NCBI RefSeq assembly: GCF_001194135.2
Contig: NC_068981.1
Location: forward strand, 171,645,658 to 171,691,733
From: Octopus bimaculoides
Taxonomy: Eukaryota
Reading direction: 5' to 3'
Length of the DNA: 46,076 nt
Shown here piece after piece: positions 31,401 to 41,220 of this stretch. Made by a program: the position numbers and the translations under genes. The notes below the pieces were generated by a model. It was not told the DNA's origin. It made no database searches and saw only the letters and a list, made by a program, of their open reading frames with translations. The first letter of the stretch is position 1. Each line of letters opens with the position of its first letter.

Positions 31401-32317
31401 TATTATTTTATAATGGTTTGCTTATTTCAAATAATCATAGAGGCTTACTTGAATCATAAGTGGATGAGTTATTCACTCTCATCAGTCTACCCTTCTTTGC
31501 AGAATCCATAAATACATTTTCTTTCCTTTATCATTTATTGTATTATTCTTATTATATCTAGAATATTTTTGATTAAAAAAAAACATTTAATGTGTCCTTC
31601 CCAATTTATTACATTAGCTAAAGAATTACAACACTGCAGTGTGTCTGTCATGTCAACAGTTTGTTTTAAATGCTTTTTTTTTTTACTACTTACCTTTACC
31701 AATAGATTTATTTATTTAATTACTTTTGTCTTCTGTATTTATCAGTTGTATATATACAGTGCCAACATTTATTTTTTGTATTGGGAATCCATTATTGTAA
31801 CCTATAATTCCTTAATGCAATATATTTGTAACAATCATATACAAAGCCTCACTAATCTAATTTCTTTCTAAAGTATTTCTATACTTCTGTTTCTGTTTCA
31901 CAGATTGTGTTTGATTTCTTTGCTCCAATACTTTGTTTGAAGGACATGGTGAAAAAGAGCAGATCACAATATTTGATTGCAGAAGAGAACAGCTTCCAGC
32001 TCAGCATCAATAATTATTGCTCATTACCAAAAATACAGAACCAAGGAGAAGTTGACAAAGAACACCTCTGTGAAGATGACTTGCCAGAAAGTCTATCTCC
32101 GAGATCAGACTACCAACAAATAGAAGCAGATATTGCTAATATCAGAAGAATTGCCAGTGACTATACAAAGAAGCTCAGTGAAGCAGAATCAGAGAAAAAA
32201 GTATTAGATGAGTGGAAACGATTAGCAATGGTGCTCAATTGTTTATTTTTTGTTTGTTATTTGTTCCTATTTGGTGGTTCGCTCATTGCTTATTTTCTGT
32301 TGGCTTACATCAAATAA
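11071..32317 (+). CDS. Partial multi-exon gene: atypical nicotinic-acetylcholine-receptor-like Cys-loop ligand-gated ion channel subunit, join(11071..11149,15912..16281,19230..19313,21948..22063,31904..32317); 5' exons not visible
   Basis: Manual splicing gives 1063 nt (1 nt + 354 codons incl. stop) with no internal stop. Contains the C-x13-C Cys-loop (CFPNTTFFPFDIQIC), pre-M1 Arg, M1 ...LLPC..., LLPSDFADKVTLG (cf. alpha7 LLPADSGEKISLG), M2-M3 Pro, M3, MX/MA helices and M4. Confidence 0.92.
12165..12775 (+). mobile_element. Three head-to-tail family-B SINEs
   Basis: Three repeats of gttct(g/a)agttcaaat...ttgcctttcatcc...aaataaagtac. Confidence 0.7.
13964..14255 (+). mobile_element. SINE with a conserved central domain (Deu/Nin-domain-like)
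   Basis: tgtggagtgctcagccacttgcacgttaatttcacgagcagg core, with a second copy at 38285-38510. The domain name comes from recalled similarity, not a search. Confidence 0.6.
14696..14940. repeat. (CT)n microsatellite spanning an assembly gap
   Basis: Directly visible on both sides of the N run. Confidence 0.9.
15020..15260. repeat. Degenerate (CAC/CAT/TAC)n low-complexity tract
   Basis: Directly visible. Explains the His/Thr-rich ORFs 14984 and 15099. Confidence 0.85.
15625..15872 (+). mobile_element. tRNA-derived SINE (here family C) ending about 40 bp upstream of the Cys-loop exon acceptor
   Basis: ggaggcgcgtggccttagtggttaggg A-box, ggtttcgattcc B-box and gtgttcttgagcaaaacactt core. Related copies at 18500, 30162 and 37433. 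Confidence 0.82.
15912..16281 (+). CDS. Cys-loop receptor exon: Cys-loop, loops B, F and C, M1 and start of M2 (TKYEVQC...ADKVTLG)
   Basis: Acceptor ttttattctcttttcgcAG and donor GTCAGT at 16282. 370 nt, phase 0 to phase 1. Overlaps ORF 15924..16289. Cys codons at 15930 and 15972 are separated by 13 residues including FPFD. Confidence 0.96.
16379..16820 (+). mobile_element. Two head-to-tail family-B SINEs
   Basis: ggcggcgagctagcagaacc... and ggcaacgagctggcagaatc... heads, each followed by the B-box and tttgcctttcat. Confidence 0.8.
17043..17103. repeat. Perfect 19-bp inverted repeat with a 23-nt spacer
   Basis: TGTCTGTTATCAATACATT (17043-17061) / AATGTATTGATAACAGACA (17085-17103). Confidence 0.9.
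17911..17980. repeat. Perfect 31-bp inverted repeat with an 8-nt loop
   Basis: TATTTACATTATTTACATTCGACGGATATTT (17911-17941) / AAATATCCGTCGAATGTAAATAATGTAAATA (17950-17980). Confidence 0.95.
18500..18645 (+). mobile_element. Degenerate family-C SINE
   Basis: ggttcgattcctggacc...tgtgtccttgagtaagatactttatttcacgttgttccagtc. Confidence 0.6.
18890..19000 (-). mobile_element. Degenerate family-B SINE fragment
   Basis: tatttattttatcgacc...aaagt...tttgaacccagaa is the rc of the family-B body. Confidence 0.5.
19019..19199. repeat. (GAT/GAC/GAG)n trinucleotide tract just upstream of the M2 exon
   Basis: Directly visible. Confidence 0.9.
19230..19313 (+). CDS. Cys-loop receptor exon: M2 pore helix and M2-M3 loop (GFGLFMAFFVLLLYLVSVLPPSQELPYFG)
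   Basis: Acceptor tcatttgtcttttatccAG and donor GTAAGT at 19314. 84 nt, phase 1 to phase 1. Hydrophobic helix with the conserved 23' Pro. The ORF track shows only a different frame here. Confidence 0.9.
19440..19850. repeat. (TATG)n compound microsatellite
   Basis: Directly visible. Generates the MYVC/HTYI ORFs. Confidence 0.95.
20083..20398. repeat. Diverged tandem duplication, period about 164 bp
   Basis: gtgactcc at 20089 and 20253. Both units contain tcaagaaatcttc, attgcagtca, tctccctcaattcatac, tatattgaata and cacagat. Confidence 0.8.
20780..20934. mobile_element. About 155-bp MITE with imperfect TIRs (TTTTAACGT-TATAAGGAACC)
   Basis: Ends ttttaacgtgtataaggaacc / gttccttgtaaagttaaaa. 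A second copy lies at 29975-30128. Confidence 0.65.
20979..21228 (+). mobile_element. Probable LINE 3' end encoding one intact and one degenerate C2H2 zinc finger
   Basis: CGVCQRVCKSNGGLKRHVRIH fits C-x2-C-x12-H-x3-H. Second finger WNLCGCFFETLSGLKSHIRRH has a first-Cys-to-Trp change. A stop follows at 21180-21182. Such C-terminal fingers occur at the end of some RTE-type ORF2s. Confidence 0.45.
21948..22063 (+). CDS. Cys-loop receptor exon: M3 and start of intracellular loop (GIYLCFNLAILTLSTFLNVLVVNLANSHARSKIAKPLRA)
   Basis: Long poly-T tract plus tttacAG acceptor and donor GTAAGT at 22064. 116 nt, phase 1 to phase 0. Lies within ORF 21755..22207. Confidence 0.92.
22522..22810 (+). mobile_element. 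Family-B SINE plus the head of a second copy
   Basis: ggcggcgagctgacagaatcgttagc...gttctgagttcaaattc...gcctttcatcctttcggg. A second head starts at about 22760. Confidence 0.82.
23987..24489 (+). mobile_element. Possible solo LTR
   Basis: TGTGA...TCACA termini, TATA-like tatatagag near 24056 and AATAAA near 24284. More GC-rich than the flanks. No matching TSD found. Confidence 0.3.
24798..25400 (-). mobile_element. Two adjacent RTE-type LINE 3' ends with (GAT)n tails
   Basis: (tca)n-tttaacgtc...ccatgct(g/a)gcatgggtt motifs at about 24800 and 25208. Same 3' UTR as the RTE copies at 41221 and 44340. Confidence 0.72.
25690..25990 (-). mobile_element. Degenerate family-A SINE
   Basis: gggcttcttctttcagtttccatctaccaaatccactca...agtagaagacacttg with a (CA)n tract. 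Confidence 0.68.
27700..28200 (+). mobile_element. Interspersed repeat, probable LINE 3' end with (AAT)n tail
   Basis: GC-richer block ending in caataataataac. No diagnostic ORF motif recognised. Confidence 0.3.
28190..28625 (-). mobile_element. Two family-B SINEs separated by an (AAT)n microsatellite (28412-28471)
   Basis: ggtactta-ttt-atcgacc...gaaagg-aaagt--acctcagc-ga-tttgaactcagaa occurs twice. Confidence 0.75.
29975..30128. mobile_element. Second copy of the about 155-bp MITE
   Basis: ttttaacgtatataaggaaccc ... gggttccttatgcacattaaaa. The internal sequence matches 20780-20934. Confidence 0.65.
30162..30385 (+). mobile_element. Family-C SINE nested in the RTE copy
   Basis: ggaggcatatggcatagtggttagg...gattcctggac...gttgctccagt. 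Confidence 0.68.
31904..32317 (+). CDS. Cys-loop receptor terminal exon: MX helix, intracellular loop, MA helix, M4, stop (IVFDFFAPILCLK...DEWKRLAMVLNCLFF...AYIK*)
   Basis: CTAAT branch-like motifs and acceptor ttctgtttcacAG. Phase 0, 414 nt, TAA at 32315-32317. EW...AMV motif typical of pre-M4. Matches ORF 31907..32317. Confidence 0.93.
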   Translation: MVFDFFAPILCLKDMVKKSRSQYLIAEENSFQLSINNYCSLPKIQNQGEVDKEHLCEDDLPESLSPRSDYQQIEADIANIRRIASDYTKKLSEAESEKKVLDEWKRLAMVLNCLFFVCYLFLFGGSLIAYFLLAYIK

Positions 32318-32318
32318 A
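32313..32318 (+). promoter_or_regulatory. Possible polyadenylation signal AATAAA overlapping the stop codon
   Basis: Sequence AAA TAA A. An ATTAAA near 32435 is an alternative. No transcript evidence. Confidence 0.2.
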
Positions 32319-32597
32319 TGTAGAAAAAAAAATATGTATATGTTTGCCAAGAATTTTCATCTAAAATCATGTTTCATCTAATGTCAAGTGTGGAGACAAT
32401 TATTGATGGATATTAGTCATCATTCCTTCCATTCATTAAACCTTTGCACTATTGTTTATTTAAAACTTTATTTCTTTGCACAGTTAATAGTATCAATGTC
32501 TTTTATAATTTTAATTTATATACATACATGCTTACATACATAAATGCATATAAGTATATGTATATATATATATATATATGTGTGTGTATACATATAT

Positions 32598-33168
32598 GCA
32601 TCATCATCATCATCGTTTAACGTCCGCTTTCCATGCNNNNNNNNNNNNNNNNNNNNNNNNNNNNNNNNNNNNNNNNNNNNNNNNNNNNNNNNNNNNNNNN
32701 NNNNNNNNNNNNNNNNNNNNNNNNNNNNNNNNNNNNNNNNNNNNNNNNNNNNNNNNNNNNNNNNNNNNNNNNNNNNNNNNNNNNNNNNNNNNNNNNNNNN
32801 NNNNNNNNNNNNNNNNNNNNNNNNNNNNNNNNNNNNNNNNNNNNNNNNNNNNNNNNNNNNNNNNNNNNNNNNNNNNNNNNNNNNNNNNNNNNNNNNNNNN
32901 NNNNNNNNNNNNNNGCTCGAAAATCCTACAGGAGCCAGTCAGGCGGTACTGGCAACGGCCACGCTCAAAATGGTGCATCTCATGTGCCACCCGCACAAGA
33001 ACCAGTCCAGGGGCACTGGCAACGATCTTACTTGGCTTGCCGGGTCTTCTCACGCACAGCCCATTTCCAAAGGTCTCGGTCCGTAGTCATCGCCTCGGTG
33101 AGGCCCAATGTACGAAGGTCTTGCCTCACCACCTCAGCCCAGGTCTTCCTGGGCCTACCTCTTCCATG
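32598..33168 (-). mobile_element. RTE LINE 3' end (spans a gap)
   Basis: GRGRPRKTWAEVVRQDLRTLGLTEAMTTDRDLWKWAVREKTRQAK* plus the (GAT)n tail at 32598-32614. Confidence 0.85.
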
Positions 33169-33169
33169 C

Positions 33170-33204
<35 letters not shown>

Positions 33205-33406
33205 CATACATATATATATATAGTCATCTATGAATTCATAAATCAAAAAACAATATGCACTCGTATATATTTGTCAATAGAGTGGATATATTAATCAAAA
33301 TATCTCTGAAGAGCACATGGTGTTATTTAAATGTGTTCTTATCTAATATTCAGTTATCTAATACCCTGTGCAAAACTGTTGGGTAAGATCAGTTGAAATG
33401 TATCCA

Positions 33407-34327
33407 TTGGGTCATCCCATAAATAATGCAGGTCTTTTTATATTCCTTTTATTTTTCAAAATTAAGATAAACAAAGTTCTTTTTTAATCTAATATATACT
33501 CTCCTTTATTTTCTACAATGCTCATCCAACTATCCAGTAGACTTGCAAGGCCCCTCTTTCAAAATTGTCCATGATGAAAAATACTCCTCCAATACTGTTC
33601 TGACCTCATCTACAGAATTCATATTTTTTCCATCCAAATGATTTTGAAGACTGTGGAATAGGTGATAATCAGATGGGGCAATGTCTGGCAAATATGTAGG
33701 GTGAGGCATTGTTTCCCATTCAAACTGCTCCAGCCTTTGGAATGTCATCCTTGCTGTATGTGGACCAGCATTATCCTGATGGAAGAACACCATTCATTTT
33801 GAAACCAAAGATGGTCGTTTTTCTTCTAGCGTTGATTTGAATGACTGGTTGAATGACCAAATCCAAGCTTCTCTGCTAGTTCCTCAACAGTTACGAATGG
33901 AATTTTGTTCCACCAGAGTTTGCAGGACATCCTCTTTGAGTTCAACAGATCTTCCAGGATGAGGCTTGTCTTCTAATCTGAAGTTTCTGGCTCAGAATTT
34001 CTGGAACCACTGTTGACACTGCTTTACACTTATTGTCCAATCTCCATATACTGCATTAATATTCCTTGTACTTTCCATTGTGTTGTTGACTTTACTGAAC
34101 TCATAAAGCAAAATATGCTGAATATTCTCCTTTTTCACTTCCATTATAGCTTTAAAAAATAACTGTTAAACCGAACTGCACTCTTCAAAACATGCACTAA
34201 GAATAAGGACAAAGCAAAATTACTACCTGCTTTTATAGCAAGTTGATGCAGGTAGTTTATCCTGTCCCCCTCTGACTTTTATTTCATGTAATTGAAAAAA
34301 AACCATATCATTTATGGGATCACCCAG
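33407..34327 (-). mobile_element. Mariner (D34D) transposon, internally deleted
   Basis: Imperfect TIRs ttgggtcatcccataaat (33407) / atttatgggatcacccag|TA (34327). N-terminal HTH region MEVKKENIQHILLYEF... starts at 34144. HQDNAGPH to PDIAPSDY has exactly 34 residues between the two Asp. Only 921 bp long. Confidence 0.9.
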
Positions 34328-34350
34328 TATAACATTGTACACTTTGCTTA

Positions 34351-34401
<51 letters not shown>

Positions 34402-35109
34402 CATGTAAAAAATTTAGTATATAAATGAGGTTAATAACTGGTGGCCTTCCTATATTTCCTATGCTGGAAATTCATCCATTTCTATTTCTCTTGTCCCCTT
34501 TTACTATGTCTTACCGCCATCAAAACACTCCACCAAATGCTTCACCCTAATCTTTATTCTCAGACCTATAATCCTCTGGAATTTAGTCCCAGTTTGAGTT
34601 TGCTTTACAGGCTTCAACAAACAAAACTTCAATAACATAACCTCATCTAAACTGGGAGTGCCTATGAAAATCATATTCACTGGCCCTCTTTCTTCATGGG
34701 TTAAAATATCTTGCTTATCATGTAAATTGGATACAGACAATATGAGTGACATTGAGATTAAACATTTGAAGGTCAATGATTGAAACAAAAGTATAAGCAG
34801 CAAAAATAAGAATTCAAGATATACATACATGCATACACGAAATTGCTGGTGTTACATCAGAATTTTCCTCCCCCAAGAAAGATATCCAAACAAGGAGTAG
34901 GGACTTTTCATTCCTAACAATTGGATGACCATTAACTCTACTGAGTTCATCTGCTCTTTGGCATTTTTTGTTTATCATCCTGCAGGGTGCCCAATGAGCC
35001 ACACTCCTAACCAAGCAGGCTTGGTAGAGTTGCTTGTTTAACTACCAATAGCCTGACTATGCCTTAGGATAATAGGTTACATGTCAGCAGTAGCACTAAG
35101 AATGAACTA

Positions 35110-35117
35110 GCACGCAC

Positions 35118-35153
<36 letters not shown>

Positions 35154-35160
35154 ACACACA

Positions 35161-35227
<67 letters not shown>

Positions 35228-35836
35228 ATACACACATACATACTGGGATATGTAACACACTGCCTAAATACCAATCTTGAGAAATTAGGTTCCTCAAAAC
35301 CAGAAAGGAGAAAGGTAATTCAAAGACTGCAGATCCAAGCCATCTCTGGAACTGTAAAAATCTGTGAAACTTTCCAGAAGTTTAGCATTTAAGTATACAT
35401 GAGCATGTCTAGACATGCAGTTATATGCATGAGAATACATACATAAAACAAAACATACAAATCTAACATATACACACAAACATATATATAAAAATACCCT
35501 GTTGATGTTATTGAAATTCCAATCAAGGAGCATTGGATCTAGGTTAGAAACCAGCTCTTTCTCTATTGGTAAGAAATTTGGAAATAAACTGAATAATGAC
35601 ACACATACATATGTACATACTTGCATGCATACATACATACATACATACATACACACATACACACATACATACATACATACATACATGCATGCATACATGC
35701 ATGCATGCATGCATACATACATACACACATACACACATACATACATACATGCATGCATACATACATGCATGCATACATACATACATGCATGCATACATAC
35801 ATACATACATGCATACATACATACATACATACATAC
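35110..35836. repeat. (CA)n and (CATA/CATG)n microsatellites
   Basis: Directly visible at 35110-35240 and 35600-35836. Confidence 0.9.
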
Positions 35837-37432
35837 ATTGCCTATTGGGTGCCTGCATGGGTGTATGTGCTTGTGTTAAAGAAGTTTGCTTTGCAATCAC
35901 GTTGTTCCAAGGCTGGTTTCACTGTACAGTGCCTTGAGCAAGTGTCTGTTGCTATAACTAGAGCTTAATTGAGACTGAACCTTGTGTGATGGAAACTGTG
36001 CAGAAGCTCATCATATGTATGAGTGTGCTTGTGTGTGTGTGTGTGTGTGTCTGTGTGTGTGTGTGTGTTAATGTCTGTGTCTGTGTGTGTGTGTCTGTGT
36101 GTGTGTGTCTGTGTGTGTCTGTGGGTGTTATGATATNNNNNNNNNNNNNNNNNNNNNNNNNNNNNNNNNNNNNNNNNNNNNNNNNNNNNNNNNNNNNNNN
36201 NNNNNNNNNNNNNNNNNNNNNNNNNNNNNNNNNNNNNNNNNNNNNNNNNNNNNNNNNNNNNNNNNNNNNNNNNNNNNNNNNNNNNNNNNNNNNNNNNNNN
36301 NNNNNNNNNNNNNNNNNNNNNNNNNNNNNNNNNNNNNNNNNNNNNNNNNNNNNNNNNNNNNNNNNNNNNNNNNNNNNNNNNNNNNNNNNNNNNNNNNNNN
36401 NNNNNNNNNNNNNNNNNNNNNNNNNNNNNNNNNNNNNNNNNNNNNNNNNNNNNNNNNNNNNNNNNNNNNNNNNNNNNNNNNNNNNNNNNNNNNNNNNNNN
36501 NNNNNNNNNNNNNNNNNNNNNNNNNNNNNNNNNNNNNNNNNNNNNNNNNNNNNNNNNNNNNNNNNNNNNNNNNNNNNNNNNNNNNNNNNTATATTATATT
36601 ATATATATATTTACAAGCAGTTAAATATATGCCAAGTCATAGTGTGACCAATGCTTTCACTACTATAAAGTGCTAGGTCTTACAGACAGCTTGTGAGACT
36701 CAATGATGGATGCATATATATAAAACACACATAAAACTCAGCCATATAAAGATATATTTAAAAAATGAAATATATATGTGTGTATAAATATTTACATATA
36801 TGTGTCTGTGTGTATGTCTGTGTGTATGTCTGTGTGTGTGTGTTCAATTTTATATTATATATTTTTTATTATATCTTTGATATTTTTTATAAAACATAAA
36901 ATATTACCAAAAACTACATCTCATGTTTGATACTCATTATATCTTACACATTCTCAGTTTTATCATAATTCAGCAATTCCAGCACCAGCACACTCAGCTG
37001 ATATCTAGTGCCAAATTATACAATTACTCACTCATGTCATCACGCAATCAATCAACATTGATTACACCATACACACTCTAATCACTTCACATTTGCCCCT
37101 AATTAATCTTTTACATATTCAATTCCCATAGCATAGTGTCATGTCGTAAGCATATGGTTAAGAAATTCACTGTGCAACCATATAGTTCCAAGGTCAATCT
37201 CACTGTGTAACACATTAGGGATAACTTCTAGTGTAGCCTCAGATTTTGATACATAGACTGCATCAAGCATCATATTTCATATCAAGCTCAGATGGTGCTT
37301 CTAACAGTCCACTGGCACGAGTGCTAATCAGATGGCACTATCATCGGCCAGGCACTAGTGTTCCATAGTTTACTAGTGAATTATTCTCAGTTATGCAAAA
37401 ACTTTCATTTTGTGCTCTCTGTGTGGGGGGGG

Positions 37433-37650
37433 GAGGTCAGTGACTTAGTGGTTAGGGTGTCAGACTATGACCATAAAATTGTGGTTTTGATTCCCGAGCC
37501 GGGTTATGCATTGTGTTCTTGAGCAAAACACTTCACTTCACATTGCTCCTGTCCACTCAGCTGACAAAAATGAGTATTCTTGTGATGAACCAGTGTCCCA
37601 TCCAGGAGGGAATATATACACCAGAGAAACCGTGAAACTGGCACTGGTAC
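37433..37650 (+). mobile_element. Family-C SINE
   Basis: gacttagtggttagggtgtcag...gattcccg...tgtgttcttgagcaaaacacttc. Confidence 0.75.
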
Positions 37651-37972
37651 TATGAGTCTATATGACTCAGGAAATAGCTTCATCCTTCATATATATATAT
37701 ATATANNNNNNNNNNNNNNNNNNNNNNNNNNNNNNNNNNNNNNNNNNNNNNNNNNNNNNNNNNNNNNNNNNNNNNNNNNNNNNNNNNNNNNNNNNNNNNN
37801 NNNNNNNNNNNNNNNNNNNNNNNNNNNNNNNNNNNNNNNNNNNNNNNNNNNNNNNNNNNNNNNNNNNNNNNNNNNNNNNNNNNNNNNNNNNNNNNNNNNN
37901 NNNNNNNNNNNNNNNNNNNNNNNNNNNNNNNNNNNNNNNNNNNNNNNNNNNNNNNNNNNNNNNNNNNNNNNN

Positions 37973-38115
37973 TAACTGGTACTTATTTAATCAACCCCGA
38001 AAGGATGAAAGGCAAAGTCGACCTCGGCAGAGTTTGAACTCAGAACGTAACGCTAGACGAAATACCACTAAGCATTTCGCCCGGCATGCTAACGATTCTG
38101 CCAGCTCGCCGCCTT
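37973..38115 (-). mobile_element. Family-B SINE (5' portion)
   Basis: Ends in gattctgccagctcgccgcc, the rc of the family-B head. Confidence 0.82.
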
Positions 38116-38284
38116 GTATGTATGTATGTATGTATGTATGTATGTATGTATGTATGTATGTATGTATTCACGTATGTATATATATGCGTGAGTAGTAATT
38201 TACACTTAAAGTATTGTAATCATTTTTTGCAACATTGCTTGCCCTTTTTGAAAAGAAAATGTTGAAGACTGCCTGAACCCATGC

Positions 38285-38510
38285 TCTATTTCATGTTGTT
38301 CCAGTCCACTCAGTTGGTAAAAATGAGTTGTACCTGTATTTCAAAAGGGCCAGCCATGTCACATTCTGTGTCACACTGAATCTCCTTTAGAACTACTTTA
38401 CGAGTACTCATGTCTGTGGAGTGCTCAGCCATTTGCACATTAATTTCACAAGCAGGCTGTTCTATTGATGATATCAATTGGAATATTCATTGTTGTAACC
38501 AACTGAGTAC
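38285..38510 (+). mobile_element. Degenerate copy of the Deu/Nin-like-domain SINE
   Basis: tgtctgtggagtgctcagccatttgcacattaatttcacaagcaggctg matches the 14150-14200 region. Confidence 0.62.
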
Positions 38511-38770
38511 TAGTATGTTATGTTAATTAAGTATTGTGTATGTATCACAGCTGATATATCTTGGACTCTACATACATTATCATGGATCCTATAATGTACA
38601 TGTATACAATATCTTAATGTTTTATGTACCCAGTATTCTACATAAACTACATATTACATGCACTCCATAAATTACATGTATTCTATACATAATAATTACA
38701 TAATACACTACATATGAAATATATGAATGAAACATTTACTTTATTTACATATGTAAATATGTAAATATTA

Positions 38771-39180
38771 GGCGCAGGAGTGGCTGTGTGGTAAGTAGCT
38801 TACTTACCAACCACAAAGTTCCAGGTTCATTCCCACTGTGTGGCACCTTGGGCAAGTGTCTTCTACTATAGCCTCGGGCTGACCAAAGCCTTGTGAGAGG
38901 ATTTGGTAGACGGAAACTGAAAGAAGCCTGTCGTACATATGTATATATATGTGTGTGTGTGTATATGTTTGTGTGTCTGTCCCCCCAACATCGCTTGACA
39001 ACCGATGGTGGTGTGTTTAGGTCCCCGTAACTTAGCGGTTCGGCAAAAGAGACCGACAAAATAAGTACTAGGCATCCAAAGAATAAGTCCTGGGGTCGAT
39101 TTGCTCGACTAAAGGCGGTGCTCCAGCATGGCCACACTCAAATGACTGAAACAAGTAAAACAGTAAAAGAGTAAAAGAGA
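38771..39180 (+). mobile_element. Full-length family-A SINE
   Basis: ggcgcaggagtggctgtgtggtaag head through gtaaaagagtaaaaga tail. Confidence 0.88.
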
Positions 39181-41220
39181 ATCCATACATAATATGTATC
39201 CTCTGCAACACTTGCTGCCTGTACTCCCTTAAATACTGCACATAATATGTATATTGTAAACTTATACGCTTTGTATGCCATACTTGTAGAGTATAATCTT
39301 AAAATAACCTAATAATCCTAAACTAACATATACTCTAATTATAGCCTATACTATACTAATATTCTCTAATTCAATATGTCTACTATGCCCATGATGTTTG
39401 AGACAGAGATATATTAAGTTTTACATACCACCAATAGTTTATATACACTCTGAATTATATATGTACCCATTACATTTATAGCAGATGTTTCATTCTGTAT
39501 ACAAACTGTATGATAAATGATTATGATAATGAATTAAAGTTACGTTATTCATAAACATTATAAAATATTTTTCTACTTCTTAAATGGTAACTTAATACTG
39601 TTGTCATGATTCGACTCTGTGTGTAGGTGTGTGTGTCAAAACAGGAAATTGGAAAAAGATTGTAAGATATCTCCTAGAAGAAATTATTCAGCCAGAGAAT
39701 TACACACTTAAGCCATTTAATTATAATTTTGGAGTATTGGAATATGCAGATGTACATCACGAGGACCCACCTTGGATTATAACCCTAACTACATACTATA
39801 TATACAAACACACACTCACATACAACACACACAAACATGCACACACACACACACAAACATGCATGCACTATAGTGACAAAGAGGAAGAATGGATGCTTAA
39901 CACCACTTGATGGATAAATATATTCTTTCTTTGTGGATTAAGAATGCTACCAATGGTTTCTTGTGAAAAAAAATTCACAATTTTCTAGTGTTTTGCTTTA
40001 AAATGTTGGTAATCCATTTCCATGTTGGATATGGTTTGAAAATTGTGAATTTTTTGGAATGAAACAATTGGTAACATTGTTATTCCACAAGTGAACATAG
40101 ACATTATACTGAGACAGTGTTTTCTATAGCTAGATGTTCTTCCTAACATCAGCTCCGACCTATTTCCAAGCAATCTACTAATCTCCCAAGTCTATCTCAC
40201 TGTCAAAGCTTGTAAGTAGTTAATGTCCTAGCCACTTGTTATTTGATAGGTTGTGTAATTATCATCTTGTTTGAAATTATGCAAAGAAAGTAGAGATAAA
40301 CAACACTGTTTCTATCAGCTTTTTACTTACAATCACTGAACAGGAAGATGAGCAACAATACAAACGCATTCATACAAACCCACAAACTTGCACACATAAA
40401 CATATATGCATTCATACTTACATACGTACATGCACACACACACACACGCGCACACACACACACACACACACTTATACATACATACATACATAAATACATC
40501 AATACACACATGCATGCATGCATACATGCATACATACATACATACATACATACATACATACATACATACATACATACATGCATACATATATATATACATA
40601 AAATTAAAAGAAGAGAATGCTTTGAGAACTTCATCAGGAAAAAAGTAAGTCAGCATTTACATTTAAAACTATGCAGCTACAAGTTTTGATTGCTTTAAGA
40701 AGATAATTCCATCATGCTGAAATAAAAGGGAAAATAAATTGAAATAAATCAAATTCAATCAATCTTACATAATATCAGTTCTGAAAGTTCATACGTTTTT
40801 CTTATAAAGATCCTTCTGGTTGTTGTCAGCTAATAGATGACAGCAACCAGCTGTAGTGTTTGTTAGTCTTTTCCTGATGGATGCTGGGTTATAATAATAG
40901 TAATAACAGTTTTTGCTAGTATCATGACCCAGCAGCCAGCAAACATAGTCCAATGACTGCTACTATATGAAATTTTGTAAGAAAAACATGTGAACTTCGA
41001 AAACTGCTCTCACAAAAAATTTATATGATTTTATTAATTTCTTTTCTTTATCCTTATTGCATGAATAAATCATGTAAAATAATTGAAACTGGTAACATCT
41101 TTTGATAAGAATTCAAACATTTTCTTTCTATTCATGATTCTCAAAGTATTTTCTCCTTTTGTTTTCAATATATACGTGTATATATATTGTTTTCAGCATA
41201 TATGCATGAATATATACATA

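Noticed and set aside
34611-34775. Open frame GFNKQNF...TGPLSSWVK after an acceptor-like tttacag
   Set aside because: No credible donor and no recognisable domain. It has only a faint resemblance to decayed LINE RT.
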